Shown in pieces: positions 1 through 8,429 of a DNA stretch of 64,000 nucleotides (the first letter of the stretch is position 1; each line of letters starts with the position of its first letter). The stretch comes from an uncultured Pseudomonadales bacterium. GTDB taxonomy: Bacteria > Patescibacteriota > Microgenomatia > UBA1400 > PJMF01. A model generated the notes under the pieces. That model was not told where the DNA came from and did not search any database. It saw nothing but the letters and a program-made list of their open reading frames with translations. The translations under genes were made by a program, and so were the position numbers. The stretch covers positions 23,338-87,337 of the forward strand of contig CAZWKL010000002.1 of NCBI GenBank assembly GCA_964633875.1, written 5' to 3'.

Positions 1-957
1 GATCAGCATGGCCAACAGCAGTTTGAGCGGAATCAACCAAAACTTGGTGCTAGCCATCGTCACCGCGCCGCTGGCGCCGTAGCTCATGGTGAGTTTGGCG
101 GTGTAAAGACCGGTGCCCCAAATTTGCTGCCACTCGTCTTCAAAAGTTCGGCTCATCAGCGGGAAGACGTTTCTTGGTTCAATTTCTAAAGTATCGACTT
201 TTCTGCCAAACATGTTGTAAATTTCAATGCTGGTTCTGGGGGTGATATGAATGTCGGAAGCATTTTCCACGATAAAAGAAAATGGCACCGGGCCGAACTC
301 GGTGAACTTAGGGAATTGGAAGTCACGCACAAAGGCCTCTTCATTGATCGGGCCGTCAACAATAACGTAAAGCAGAGTGCCAACTTTTTGACTGATGGCG
401 CTAGCTGAAACCAACTCGCCTTCGCCGGTTTCCTCACCGTTCACAGCCGGCTCATGAGTAATCATGGCGTAGTGACCACCGGGCAGGGCATCTTCCGGTA
501 CTTCAATCAAAACATTAACCGCACCAGTTTCGTTCCGGTTGAGAGTTTGTGTTTGTGGCACTAAAGTTAGCCAGGAGGCTAAACTCCAGCGGTTGGAAAC
601 TTCTTCATCAACCGAAATCGGGGTGAAGCCGTCCTCAGCGACAGTAAAATCTGCCGCCCGGGAAACAACGTTAAGTGGCTGGTTGGACTCGTTGCGTACC
701 CGCACCTGCACTTGCTGGCGTTCTCCGGGATCGAGTAAAATGCTGTTGTCCTCGCCCAGGCGGGGCGGGATGGCCGTGAGAGCAATATTGGTGAGGCCTG
801 TTTGTTCTTGAGGCTGGCCCTGATCCAGCTGCTCTTGAGCCAGGGAAGTGTTCGTGACGGCAACAGCCGCGGCTGTCAGAGTGGCGGCAACTAAGCCAGC
901 CATGATCAACCGGCGCTGAGTCAGCTTAATAAAAAGTGAAGTTTGGGCAGTTTTCAT
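1..957 (-). CDS. DUF916/DUF3324-like cell-surface protein, 5' complete. The ORF is open to the window start, with a C-terminal TM helix at about 1..42.
   Basis: Manual translation of the minus strand from the ATG at 957 gives MKTAQTSLFIKLTQRRLIMAGLVAATLTAAAVAVTNTSLAQ (signal peptide), continuing to ...STKFWLIPLKLLLAMLI with no stop before coordinate 1. It is absent from the ORF track because it is edge-truncated. Its architecture is signal peptide, beta-rich ectodomain and C-terminal TM, like the 2547..3515 protein. Confidence 0.55.
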   Translation of the reverse strand, partial: MKTAQTSLFIKLTQRRLIMAGLVAATLTAAAVAVTNTSLAQEQLDQGQPQEQTGLTNIALTAIPPRLGEDNSILLDPGERQQVQVRVRNESNQPLNVVSRAADFTVAEDGFTPISVDEEVSNRWSLASWLTLVPQTQTLNRNETGAVNVLIEVPEDALPGGHYAMITHEPAVNGEETGEGELVSASAISQKVGTLLYVIVDGPINEEAFVRDFQFPKFTEFGPVPFSFIVENASDIHITPRTSIEIYNMFGRKVDTLEIEPRNVFPLMSRTFEDEWQQIWGTGLYTAKLTMSYGASGAVTMASTKFWLIPLKLLLAMLI

Positions 958-979
958 ATTCAATTGTTATTTATTTTTC

Positions 980-2446
980 CTAAAAAGTAGCCGTGGCTGT
1001 GTAAATGATGAAGTTGGAATAATCGCCGGCTTCGGTACTGGTGTCTGGTATGACGCGGTAACAAACATCGACTCTTTCATTGTCTGAAACTGTGGTGGAA
1101 GAAAAGAGTGACTGCGGTGATTCTGAGGCTTGGAAATCGGCGAACTGTTTGCCACACCAACCAGCACCAGTGCAGTTACCAGTCAAGCCATTGTATTGAA
1201 AACTAACCGTTGTGTTGCCGGTAACGTCGTTTGGCACCAACGAGTAGGCAAAGCCTTTTGAATCAGTGTTGCTGAATTCGTCGACGACGGCATGGGTCAT
1301 GGTGTCGGTATCGCCCCGAGCATCTTGAATACAATCGGTGTCGGTGTCGGTGGTGGGGTCTGGGTTGGTGCAACCTTGGCCGTCTTTGCTGAGTTGGTCG
1401 TTGGCGATAGCGGTGACGACATAGCCGCCCGAGCCGTTGGTGGAAACCTGGAGAGTTTGGGCGGCGTCAGAAAAGTCGCTGAGCAAAAGATTGCCAAAGG
1501 GTACGGCATAAGGGGTAGTGGTGACATCGGTACTGACGCCACAAACGCTGGTTGAGTCGTTGATGCCGATAATCTCAAAGTTGAGTTGAGGCTCAACCGT
1601 AGCAGTGACCCTCACCGCTTCAATGATGCCAACACTGGCGCCGGTCGAGTCAATGACGTTATCGTTGGTATCCAGATGTCTAATAGTGATGGTGTACGGA
1701 TCGGCGGTGCCGCTGCTATGCAAGGACTGGGGAGCGGGGTTGATCAGATTATCCATAGTAATGGTAAAAGCTTGGCCAATGCTGCCGTTACCGGTGTAAG
1801 GGCAGGTGACTTGGACATAATTATCGCTGCCCAGATTGACAGTGTTCACGGTGGGTGAGCCAAAGGTGTGGTTGCCGGCAGGGCCCGGACAAGTGACGTC
1901 TCCGTCAGAGAAGTTGCCAATATCAAAGCCGCCTTGATCTGGGGCACCGTCATTATTATCGCTGGCAGCAATGGGGATCAAAATCTCAAAGCTACCGTCA
2001 AGAATGGCAGTGACGGTGGTAAAAGCCACGCTAACGGTAGTAGCCTGAGGATCATAAATTGGCACCGCAGCGGTAGCGTCACCGGATTGGAGAGCTGTGT
2101 CCAATCTCACTGTGCTGCTATTGAGGATTTCAACGACGTCGTAATCATTGCCGTTAACAGTGCCAAAGAGCAGCGTATCATCAATAGCCAGTTGATCGGT
2201 GTTGTCTGAGGGGGGACCGGAGGTCTCGATGGTCAAAACAGTGGAGCCGATATTGTTGCCAGCACCTACTTCTCCGGAAAAGGACGGCCTGGAGTTGGAC
2301 AGAGTGACGGTGACATCGTTCAGGTTTCCAGCTCGGCTCTGTTGAGCAAACATACCCACCGCGAAAGTAGTAGCAATAGCAATGCCAAGAGCAATGGCTT
2401 TTTGAAGTTTTTTAGCAGCCAGATTTTTCATAGACAAGACAAACAC
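980..2446 (-). CDS. Large secreted Thr/Asp/Gly/Asn-rich surface protein (about 483-488 aa) with an Asp-rich Ca-binding-like stretch and a C-terminal domain shared with the 3546..4313 protein
   Basis: N-terminal signal peptide MKNLAAKKLQKAIALGIAIATTFAVGMFAQQS. Low-complexity T/D/N/G composition with paired Cys residues. Contains the segment TNPDPTTDTDTDCIQDARGDTDTM. The C-terminus is AGDYSNFIIYTATATF. The likely start is the ATG at 2431. Confidence 0.6.
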   Translation of the reverse strand: MFVLSMKNLAAKKLQKAIALGIAIATTFAVGMFAQQSRAGNLNDVTVTLSNSRPSFSGEVGAGNNIGSTVLTIETSGPPSDNTDQLAIDDTLLFGTVNGNDYDVVEILNSSTVRLDTALQSGDATAAVPIYDPQATTVSVAFTTVTAILDGSFEILIPIAASDNNDGAPDQGGFDIGNFSDGDVTCPGPAGNHTFGSPTVNTVNLGSDNYVQVTCPYTGNGSIGQAFTITMDNLINPAPQSLHSSGTADPYTITIRHLDTNDNVIDSTGASVGIIEAVRVTATVEPQLNFEIIGINDSTSVCGVSTDVTTTPYAVPFGNLLLSDFSDAAQTLQVSTNGSGGYVVTAIANDQLSKDGQGCTNPDPTTDTDTDCIQDARGDTDTMTHAVVDEFSNTDSKGFAYSLVPNDVTGNTTVSFQYNGLTGNCTGAGWCGKQFADFQASESPQSLFSSTTVSDNERVDVCYRVIPDTSTEAGDYSNFIIYTATATF

Positions 2447-2546
2447 AACAACTCATTAAGCTCATACAATAATATTAAACTGTTTTTTTTGGGTATGCAA
2501 GTGTTCTTTTGTCATTTTTTGAGTATGTTTTTTGAAGTCGATTTTG

Positions 2547-3515
2547 TTACAGTTTAATACGGTTATTTTGAGCAATTTTGAACCAATAAACCCCGCCAAC
2601 TATTGCCCCCATCAACGCCGCCACAAAGATGGAGAAGGGGATGGCGAAAATAGTGTGGGTATAGGTGGTCAACTCTCCGTCGTTGTCGAGGGTGATGGAG
2701 AATTTGTAGGGGCCGAGCATGAAAGCTGGTCGGAAGGTGAACTCGGTGACTGTTGGGGGTTCGCTGTCCAACTCAGTGGCGCGGATTTTTCTGGAGTTGA
2801 AGCCCAGGACGTTGTCCGGGTAAATTTGGTACTCAGCCACTGGGCGGCCGGTCCAGCTGGTAAGTTTGGCGCTGCCGGAGGCAGCGCCAGCACTAAACCG
2901 CTCATTTTTCAGCACCGGCTGGGCTGTCACTCCCCTAAAACTATCAATCACCCCTGGCAGCCCAAAATCTGCCACTACCAGTTTTTTTTCTAAAATATTT
3001 TTATCCGAAACCAAGATGATCAAGTTGCTGGCCACCGCGCCGCTAATTTGAGTTGCTTCATTACCTCTGGTGCCCAGATTTTCGGTCGTAAAAACCACGC
3101 TCAGGGGATACTCTCTGTCAGGCGCGGTCATGGGCGGCTCTATCTTTAATTGCAATTGTGCTACCTGTCCCGGCTCCATTTCGATTGGCTTTAGCACTGA
3201 AGCTGGCATAGTAAAGTAAGGGAAACTGTGATCTTCCTGCAAAACCGGCGCGCCGGTTACTTCGTGGAGGGAAAAATCCACGATGCTAGGTGTCACTGTC
3301 ACCGCAGCAGCGCCATTGTTTTTGATGGAAATAATGTGTGTTTGCATCATGCCAGGGGCGGCCTTGAGATAAGTGACGGGGGGAGAAACCGTCAACTCCA
3401 GGCTTCTTTGGGCGGTGGCGGGTTGAGCGCTGCCTAACACTAACAGTCCCACTGCCAGCGCCATGGTGGCAATGGTATTTTTGTAAATTCTGTACATTTT
3501 GTATATTTTTTGCAT
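2547..3515 (-). CDS. DUF916/DUF3324-like cell-surface protein with a signal peptide and a C-terminal TM anchor
   Basis: Signal peptide MALAVGLLVLGSAQPATAQ. N-terminal segment SPPVTYLKAAPGMMQTHIISIKNNGAAAVTVTPSIVDF resembles DUF916. The C-terminal GPYKFSITLDNDGELTTYTHTIFAIPFSIFVAALMGAIVGG is a TM helix followed by a short basic tail, as in DUF3324. Confidence 0.6.
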   Translation of the reverse strand: MQKIYKMYRIYKNTIATMALAVGLLVLGSAQPATAQRSLELTVSPPVTYLKAAPGMMQTHIISIKNNGAAAVTVTPSIVDFSLHEVTGAPVLQEDHSFPYFTMPASVLKPIEMEPGQVAQLQLKIEPPMTAPDREYPLSVVFTTENLGTRGNEATQISGAVASNLIILVSDKNILEKKLVVADFGLPGVIDSFRGVTAQPVLKNERFSAGAASGSAKLTSWTGRPVAEYQIYPDNVLGFNSRKIRATELDSEPPTVTEFTFRPAFMLGPYKFSITLDNDGELTTYTHTIFAIPFSIFVAALMGAIVGGVYWFKIAQNNRIKL

Positions 3516-3545
3516 TTTGTTCTAGACATTTTGTACGTTTTGTAC

Positions 3546-4313
3546 CTAATACCCAGGCACAGCCACATAAACCACGGTTGTTTCGTATTTGCCTGCTGCT
3601 TGAGTAGGATTAATCGAAGCCTTGTAAGTCACAGTCGCCTCATCATCAAAGCCAATATTTTCCGAACTCATCACCGCCCGCATCGGTTGGCTCAACTCAT
3701 CATTGGCAAACGGTCGATAATAAGTGTTGTCCTCAAAGTCTGGTGGAATGCTGTCGCCGTCCATATTAAAGCCGAAACCAGCATTTTCAGGCGTATCCCA
3801 AATCTCAGCCGAATCAGGGGTGCAGGGGCCACTGTCACAACTGGTGTCAGGCACGGTGTGAATACTATCGATAGTATGCCTCAATTCATGCAGCTCGTAA
3901 GCATAAACATGGTAGCCACCCGCGCCTCTGGTGGAGATGGTCAGCGTGTGCGAACCGGAACTAAAGGTGCCAGGCACCAGCTCCCCCAAATCTATGGCGG
4001 TGTTGGAAATCAGAAAACTAAACTCGTTAATTTGGTAAATATATTGAAAACCCCCGCCTAGGAAAAAACTTGAAGTGCCATACTCTCCATAAGGTCCGGC
4101 GCCAAACTGACCCACGGTGTCGGTGACTGTGTAGCCGGCGCTGGATTTCTCACCGGAAGTCACATTAAAATTGCCAAACTGAATAATATAAGAGTCAGAC
4201 TGCAATGTTTCCGCGACGGCTATTTGGCAGAGTTGCAAAAAAGTGATAGTAAAAAAAGTCAGCAGGGCAGCCCTCAAAGCCACACTGCTAACTGGCGGGC
4301 TTGGCTGATTCAT
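3546..4313 (-). CDS. Secreted protein (256 aa) homologous to the C-terminal domain of the 980..2446 protein
   Basis: Start set at the internal ATG (cat at 4311..4313) that gives signal peptide MNQPSPPVSSVALRAALLTFFTITFLQLCQIAVAE. Segment HTLTISTRGAGGYHVYAY matches QTLQVSTNGSGGYVVTAI in the 488-aa protein. C-terminus AGKYETTVVYVAVPGY matches AGDYSNFIIYTATATF. Confidence 0.6.
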   Translation of the reverse strand: MNQPSPPVSSVALRAALLTFFTITFLQLCQIAVAETLQSDSYIIQFGNFNVTSGEKSSAGYTVTDTVGQFGAGPYGEYGTSSFFLGGGFQYIYQINEFSFLISNTAIDLGELVPGTFSSGSHTLTISTRGAGGYHVYAYELHELRHTIDSIHTVPDTSCDSGPCTPDSAEIWDTPENAGFGFNMDGDSIPPDFEDNTYYRPFANDELSQPMRAVMSSENIGFDDEATVTYKASINPTQAAGKYETTVVYVAVPGY

Positions 4314-5085
4314 CTTGATTGTCCTGTTCGCTCTGCGATTCTTGGGGTAGGTCTGGCGGCGGCACTTTAGCAGCATTAACCCGGCCAACCATCTTGCCAC
4401 TTTCGCTCTCCAGCAGCGACAGCTGGGCTTTAATTACTTTCAGATCCGGATTTGTTTCCGCCAGCAGTTTTTCAATTACCTGAAGTTTAGGCTTGAGGTA
4501 GCCGTCAATAAATTGTTGCAGCGCCATTTCGCCGGTCTCCGCGTTCTCCAACTCGACTTCTTTCTGCTCAAGCCTGGCTTTATCCACCTGCGACTCAGTG
4601 TACTGATTTTTGGCAAACAAAAAGAACATGAGCAACAGCGGAAAAGCCAGCAGCGCACCGATTTCCAGGCTAGTTAAAGCCGGAGTGAGGGCGTAGTGAA
4701 AGATCATCACCGAAAGGGTGCCGATAATAGCGGTGCTGACCGCCGTGGTCATCACCAACAAAAACAAGTGTAAATAGGTCAGCGGATAAAAATATGACCC
4801 GATATTGCCGGTGTAGCCAATTAAGAGCAGGAAAGCAAAAGTCAGCAGGGCCATTTCCAGAGAAGCGTCCTCCGGTAGCACGTGCCAGATTTTGGCTTTT
4901 TTTACTCTTTTCATCAAGAAATAGACCAAAACCGCGCCGGCGAAAGCCTGGAGCGAGTACTGCGACAACACCGGCAGCTGCAACCAAAGATAAGCAATCA
5001 CAATTACAGCCAACAGGATCAGGGTTTGCCAGTGGGGGCGCGTTTTTTTCAACATATTTTGCAGCATATTTTTCAGTATAACCAA
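4288..5085 (-). CDS. Polytopic membrane protein (about 5-6 TM) with a cytoplasmic coiled-coil and an acidic Pro-rich tail
   Basis: Hydrophobic helices in the first ~160 aa, then EQKEVELENAETGEMALQQFIDGYLKPKLQVIEKLLAE (coiled coil), then PPPDLPQESQSEQDNQDESAKPAS. Overlaps the downstream secreted-protein gene by 26 nt. Diverges from leuS. Confidence 0.55.
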   Translation of the reverse strand: MVILKNMLQNMLKKTRPHWQTLILLAVIVIAYLWLQLPVLSQYSLQAFAGAVLVYFLMKRVKKAKIWHVLPEDASLEMALLTFAFLLLIGYTGNIGSYFYPLTYLHLFLLVMTTAVSTAIIGTLSVMIFHYALTPALTSLEIGALLAFPLLLMFFLFAKNQYTESQVDKARLEQKEVELENAETGEMALQQFIDGYLKPKLQVIEKLLAETNPDLKVIKAQLSLLESESGKMVGRVNAAKVPPPDLPQESQSEQDNQDESAKPAS

Positions 5086-5133
5086 CTTGTAGCTGGCAGG
5101 CTATAGCTGTTATACTACAACTCCCCAATCAGG

Positions 5134-7599
5134 ATGAAAATTAAGCGGGAAAATATGGCGTCAACACAATCTTGGTACGATCACTTAGCAGTAGAACCCA
5201 AATGGCAAAAAGTTTGGGAAGAGTTGGCATTGTTTCAGCGGACCGAGGGAAAAGACCGTGCCGCCGCTGAACTGGACCCCTTGTACTTGCTGTTTGCTTT
5301 TGCCTATCCTTCCGGTTCGGGCCTGCATGTGGGGCATGTGGAAAGCAAAACCGCCCTGGATATTTTAGCTCGCTACTACCGCATGAACGGCAAAGATGTC
5401 TTTTTTCCGGTGGGCTGGGATGCTTTTGGCTTGCCGGCAGAGAATTACGCTATTAAAACCGGCATTCCTCCAGTAGAAACCACCAAGAGCGCCATTGACA
5501 CCTTTCGGGAGCAAATTAAAAGGCTGGCCATTTCCTACGACTGGGCCAACGAAATTGCCACCAATCACCCGGGCTATTATAAATGGACCCAGTGGCTTTT
5601 TCTGGAACTTTTCAAGCAGGGCCTAGCCTACCAAGATGTGGCCATGGTGAACTGGTGTCCGAGTTGCCAGACGGTGTTGGCTAACGAGCAGGTGGTCAAT
5701 GGCCTGTGTGAGCGCTGCGACTCCGAGGTGATTCAGAAAGAAATGAAACAGTGGTTTTTTAAGATTACTGAGTACAAGGATGAGTTGATTGAGGGTTTGA
5801 GTTCGGTGGACTGGCCGGAGGCCACTAAGCAGCAACAGCTTAACTGGATTGGGAAGAAGGAAGGGGCGGTGGTTGAGTTCCCGGTGGTTGGGACTGAGCT
5901 GGTAGTGGATTGCTTCACCACCAGGTTGGATACGATTTTCGGCGCGACTTTTTTGGTCATTTCCCCAGAGAAGTTTGGCAAGATGGAGTTGGATCAAGTA
6001 GTCAAAGCCCAATCGCCCGAGCAGGCCAACCCCGTTGCCGAGTACATCAAGAAGGCTTTCAAAAAAACCGAAGAAGAGCGCCAAGTCGGTGAAAAAGACA
6101 AATCTGGTGTCGATACCGGACTCAAAGCAATCAACCCGGTGAATCAGGAGGAAATTCCTATTTTTGTGGCGGACTATGTTTTGGGTGGCTATGGCACAGG
6201 CGCCATCATGGCGGTGCCGGCGCATGATGAGCGCGATTTTGCTTTTGCCCAGAAGTTTGAGCTGCCGGTTCGTGAGGTGATTGAACCGGCGGGCGAGGGT
6301 TATGGCAAGTTGGTTGAAAGCGGCGCATACACCGGTTTGGCCTCAGCAGCCGCCATGGAAAAAATAGCCGCAGACTTTGACTCTATTCATCCAGAAACCA
6401 CCTACCGCCTGCGCGATTGGCTGATTTCCCGCCAGCGTTACTGGGGCGCGCCGATTCCGATTGTTTATGATCCCGAGGGCCAGCCGCATCTGGTCAAGGA
6501 GGAACACCTGCCTTGGATCCTGCCCACCGACGTTGATTTCAAGCCCACCGGCGAGTCGCCGCTCAAGTCTTCTGCCGAGTTTATCCGCCGCACCGAAGAG
6601 CTGTACGGCCAAGGCTGGCAGCCGGAGTTCGACACCATGGACACTTTTGTGGACTCGAGTTGGTACTTTTTGCGCTACGTGGATTCCAGGAACGAAAACG
6701 AGCTGGCTGCCCGGGAGCAGCTGGAAAAATGGCTGCCGGTGGATTTTTACATGATTGGCTCGGAACACACCGTTTTGCACCTGTTGTATTCGCGGTTCTT
6801 GACCAAGTTTCTGCGGGATCAAGGTTATCTCAACTTTGACGAGCCTTTCCAAAGAATGAGGCACCAGGGGATGATCTTGGGTCCAGACGGCAAAAAAATG
6901 AGCAAGAGCAAAGGCAATGTCATTAATCCAGATGAAATTATTGAAAAATTTGGAGCAGATACCCTCAGGGTTTACGAGATGTTCATGGGGCCGCTTGAGT
7001 CGGATGCTCCCTGGGATGTCCGGGCGGTGATGGGGGTTTTCAAGTTCCTCCAGCGGGTGAACAGGTTGTGTTTGGGGGCGGCTGAAGCAAAGGCGGCCGG
7101 CAGCGAGGCAGCGGTTCGTAAGCTGCACCAGACTATCCGCAAGGTTGGCCATGACATTCCGGCTTTGAAGTTTAACACTGCTATTGCCGCCATGATGGAG
7201 TTTGTCAACGCCTGGGAAGAGGCGGTTAAAGGCGGTGGCGGTTTGAGCCAAGAGCAGAGGCTGATGTTTGTGCGGATTTTAGCGCCTTTCGCGCCGTTTA
7301 TGGCCGAAGAGCTTTATCATCAGCTGACTGGCGCAGAGGAGACAAATAGTGTTCATTTGCAACCTTGGCCGCAGTTTGATGCGGCACTGGCCCGTGAGGA
7401 AGCGGTAGAGATTGGAGTGCAAGTCAATGGCAAGCTCCGCGGTACTGTTGAGATTCCTGCAGACGAGCTGGAAAATGAACAATTGGTCTTGGAAAGGTCG
7501 GCGGCTTTGGAGCCGGTAGCCAAGTACCTCGAGGGCAAGAAGATCAAGCACCAGATTTATGTGCCGGGCAGGATTGTTAGTTTTGTGGTTGAAGGGTAG
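5134..7599 (+). CDS. leuS: Leucyl-tRNA synthetase
   Basis: Class I aaRS signatures: HVGHVESKTALDILARYYRMNGKDVFFPVGWDAFGLPAE (HIGH region) and KMSKSKGNV (KMSKS). 821 aa. The alternative start at 5155 (MASTQSWYDH...) is possible. Confidence 0.95.
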   Translation: MKIKRENMASTQSWYDHLAVEPKWQKVWEELALFQRTEGKDRAAAELDPLYLLFAFAYPSGSGLHVGHVESKTALDILARYYRMNGKDVFFPVGWDAFGLPAENYAIKTGIPPVETTKSAIDTFREQIKRLAISYDWANEIATNHPGYYKWTQWLFLELFKQGLAYQDVAMVNWCPSCQTVLANEQVVNGLCERCDSEVIQKEMKQWFFKITEYKDELIEGLSSVDWPEATKQQQLNWIGKKEGAVVEFPVVGTELVVDCFTTRLDTIFGATFLVISPEKFGKMELDQVVKAQSPEQANPVAEYIKKAFKKTEEERQVGEKDKSGVDTGLKAINPVNQEEIPIFVADYVLGGYGTGAIMAVPAHDERDFAFAQKFELPVREVIEPAGEGYGKLVESGAYTGLASAAAMEKIAADFDSIHPETTYRLRDWLISRQRYWGAPIPIVYDPEGQPHLVKEEHLPWILPTDVDFKPTGESPLKSSAEFIRRTEELYGQGWQPEFDTMDTFVDSSWYFLRYVDSRNENELAAREQLEKWLPVDFYMIGSEHTVLHLLYSRFLTKFLRDQGYLNFDEPFQRMRHQGMILGPDGKKMSKSKGNVINPDEIIEKFGADTLRVYEMFMGPLESDAPWDVRAVMGVFKFLQRVNRLCLGAAEAKAAGSEAAVRKLHQTIRKVGHDIPALKFNTAIAAMMEFVNAWEEAVKGGGGLSQEQRLMFVRILAPFAPFMAEELYHQLTGAEETNSVHLQPWPQFDAALAREEAVEIGVQVNGKLRGTVEIPADELENEQLVLERSAALEPVAKYLEGKKIKHQIYVPGRIVSFVVEG

Positions 7600-7620
7600 T
7601 TTTATCATCATTAACGCTAA

Positions 7621-7692
7621 TTGCGCCAACAAACCAACGCAATTCACGCCATTTCCGTCGGTCGACCAACGCAATTCACGCTATTTGCGTTG
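7621..7692. repeat. Two direct copies of CCAACGCAATTCACGC (7634..7649 and 7666..7681, period 32) plus an inverted partner TTGCGTTG (7684..7692) and AATTGCG (7618..7624), forming a candidate operator array
   Basis: Seen directly in the sequence ttaacgctaattgcgccaacaaaccaacgcaattcacgccatttccgtcggtcgaccaacgcaattcacgctatttgcgttgattcag. It lies 100-170 nt upstream of the AbiEi-like gene start. Confidence 0.4.
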
Positions 7693-7791
7693 ATTCAGTG
7701 CCATTTTCAACAATTTCAAGGTTGTCCAAAAAGCATAATTAATATAAAATTTGAACTACAAGTATGTCTGAAGCCTACCTACAGTTCAAAT

Positions 7792-8373
7792 ATGCAAAAT
7801 AAAATCCTCATTGAGCTTCATAAACAGCCACAAACAGTTTTTACTCTCACAGAAATTTCTTTGTTATTCCCAGGCATATCCTACACAAATATCAAAGACA
7901 GGATGTCTTATCTTACTCGTCGGGGAGCAATTGCCAGACTGAGGAAAGGCGTGTACGCCAAGGAAAATTACAACTCCCAAGAATTAGCCAACAAGCTTTA
8001 TACGCCTTCATATATTAGTTTAGAAACGGTGCTCCAACAGGCAGGGGTGATTTTTCAATACTACGAGCAGATTACTTCAGTTTCCTATCTTTCAAGAACG
8101 GTGCAGGTTTCTGGACATATACTCGACTACAAAAAGATTAAAGAAGAGGTGCTTACCAACAGAGCAGGGATTGTGACAAAAAATAATGTAAATATAGCCA
8201 CGCCGGAGCGGGCTTTTCTGGATGCAATCTATTTGTACAGTAATTACCATGTTGATAATCTAAGCTCTCTTAACTGGAAAAAAATTAATGAATTTATGGG
8301 CTTGTATGTCAACAAGTCCTTAAATCGTCGGGTGGCCGATTACTATCAGATTTATCAGGAAAATAATGCTTGA
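7792..8373 (+). CDS. AbiEi-family (type IV TA antitoxin-like) winged-HTH protein, orphan
   Basis: MQNKILIELHKQPQTVFTLTEISLLFPGISYTNIKDRMSYLTRRGAIARLRKGVYAKEN then YTPSYISLETVLQQAGVIFQY. This matches the AbiEi N-terminal wHTH pattern (..RGxY.. and SYISLESAL). No adjacent AbiEii NTase. The region is AT-rich. Confidence 0.6.
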   Translation: MQNKILIELHKQPQTVFTLTEISLLFPGISYTNIKDRMSYLTRRGAIARLRKGVYAKENYNSQELANKLYTPSYISLETVLQQAGVIFQYYEQITSVSYLSRTVQVSGHILDYKKIKEEVLTNRAGIVTKNNVNIATPERAFLDAIYLYSNYHVDNLSSLNWKKINEFMGLYVNKSLNRRVADYYQIYQENNA

Positions 8374-8429
8374 TAATTTTTGAGCAATTTTCTACAGTTA
8401 AAGCAAGGTTTTCCCTATAAAGTGGGGTC

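Noticed and set aside
980-4313. Literal WxL motifs in the secreted proteins
   Set aside because: No W-x-L pairs were found in the C-terminal regions, only Y-x-A analogs. The locus is therefore described as WxL-like rather than as WxL domain proteins.
5623-7251. Long minus-strand ORFs (5623..6225, 6343..7251, 7279..7674) inside leuS
   Set aside because: They lie entirely within the well-supported leuS coding frame on the opposite strand, have Arg/His-rich low-complexity translations and lack motifs. They are shadow ORFs. The same reasoning applies to 20443..21159 inside murD, 60255..60869 inside topA, 14988..15440 inside the M16 gene and 37945..38418 inside the 783-aa gene.
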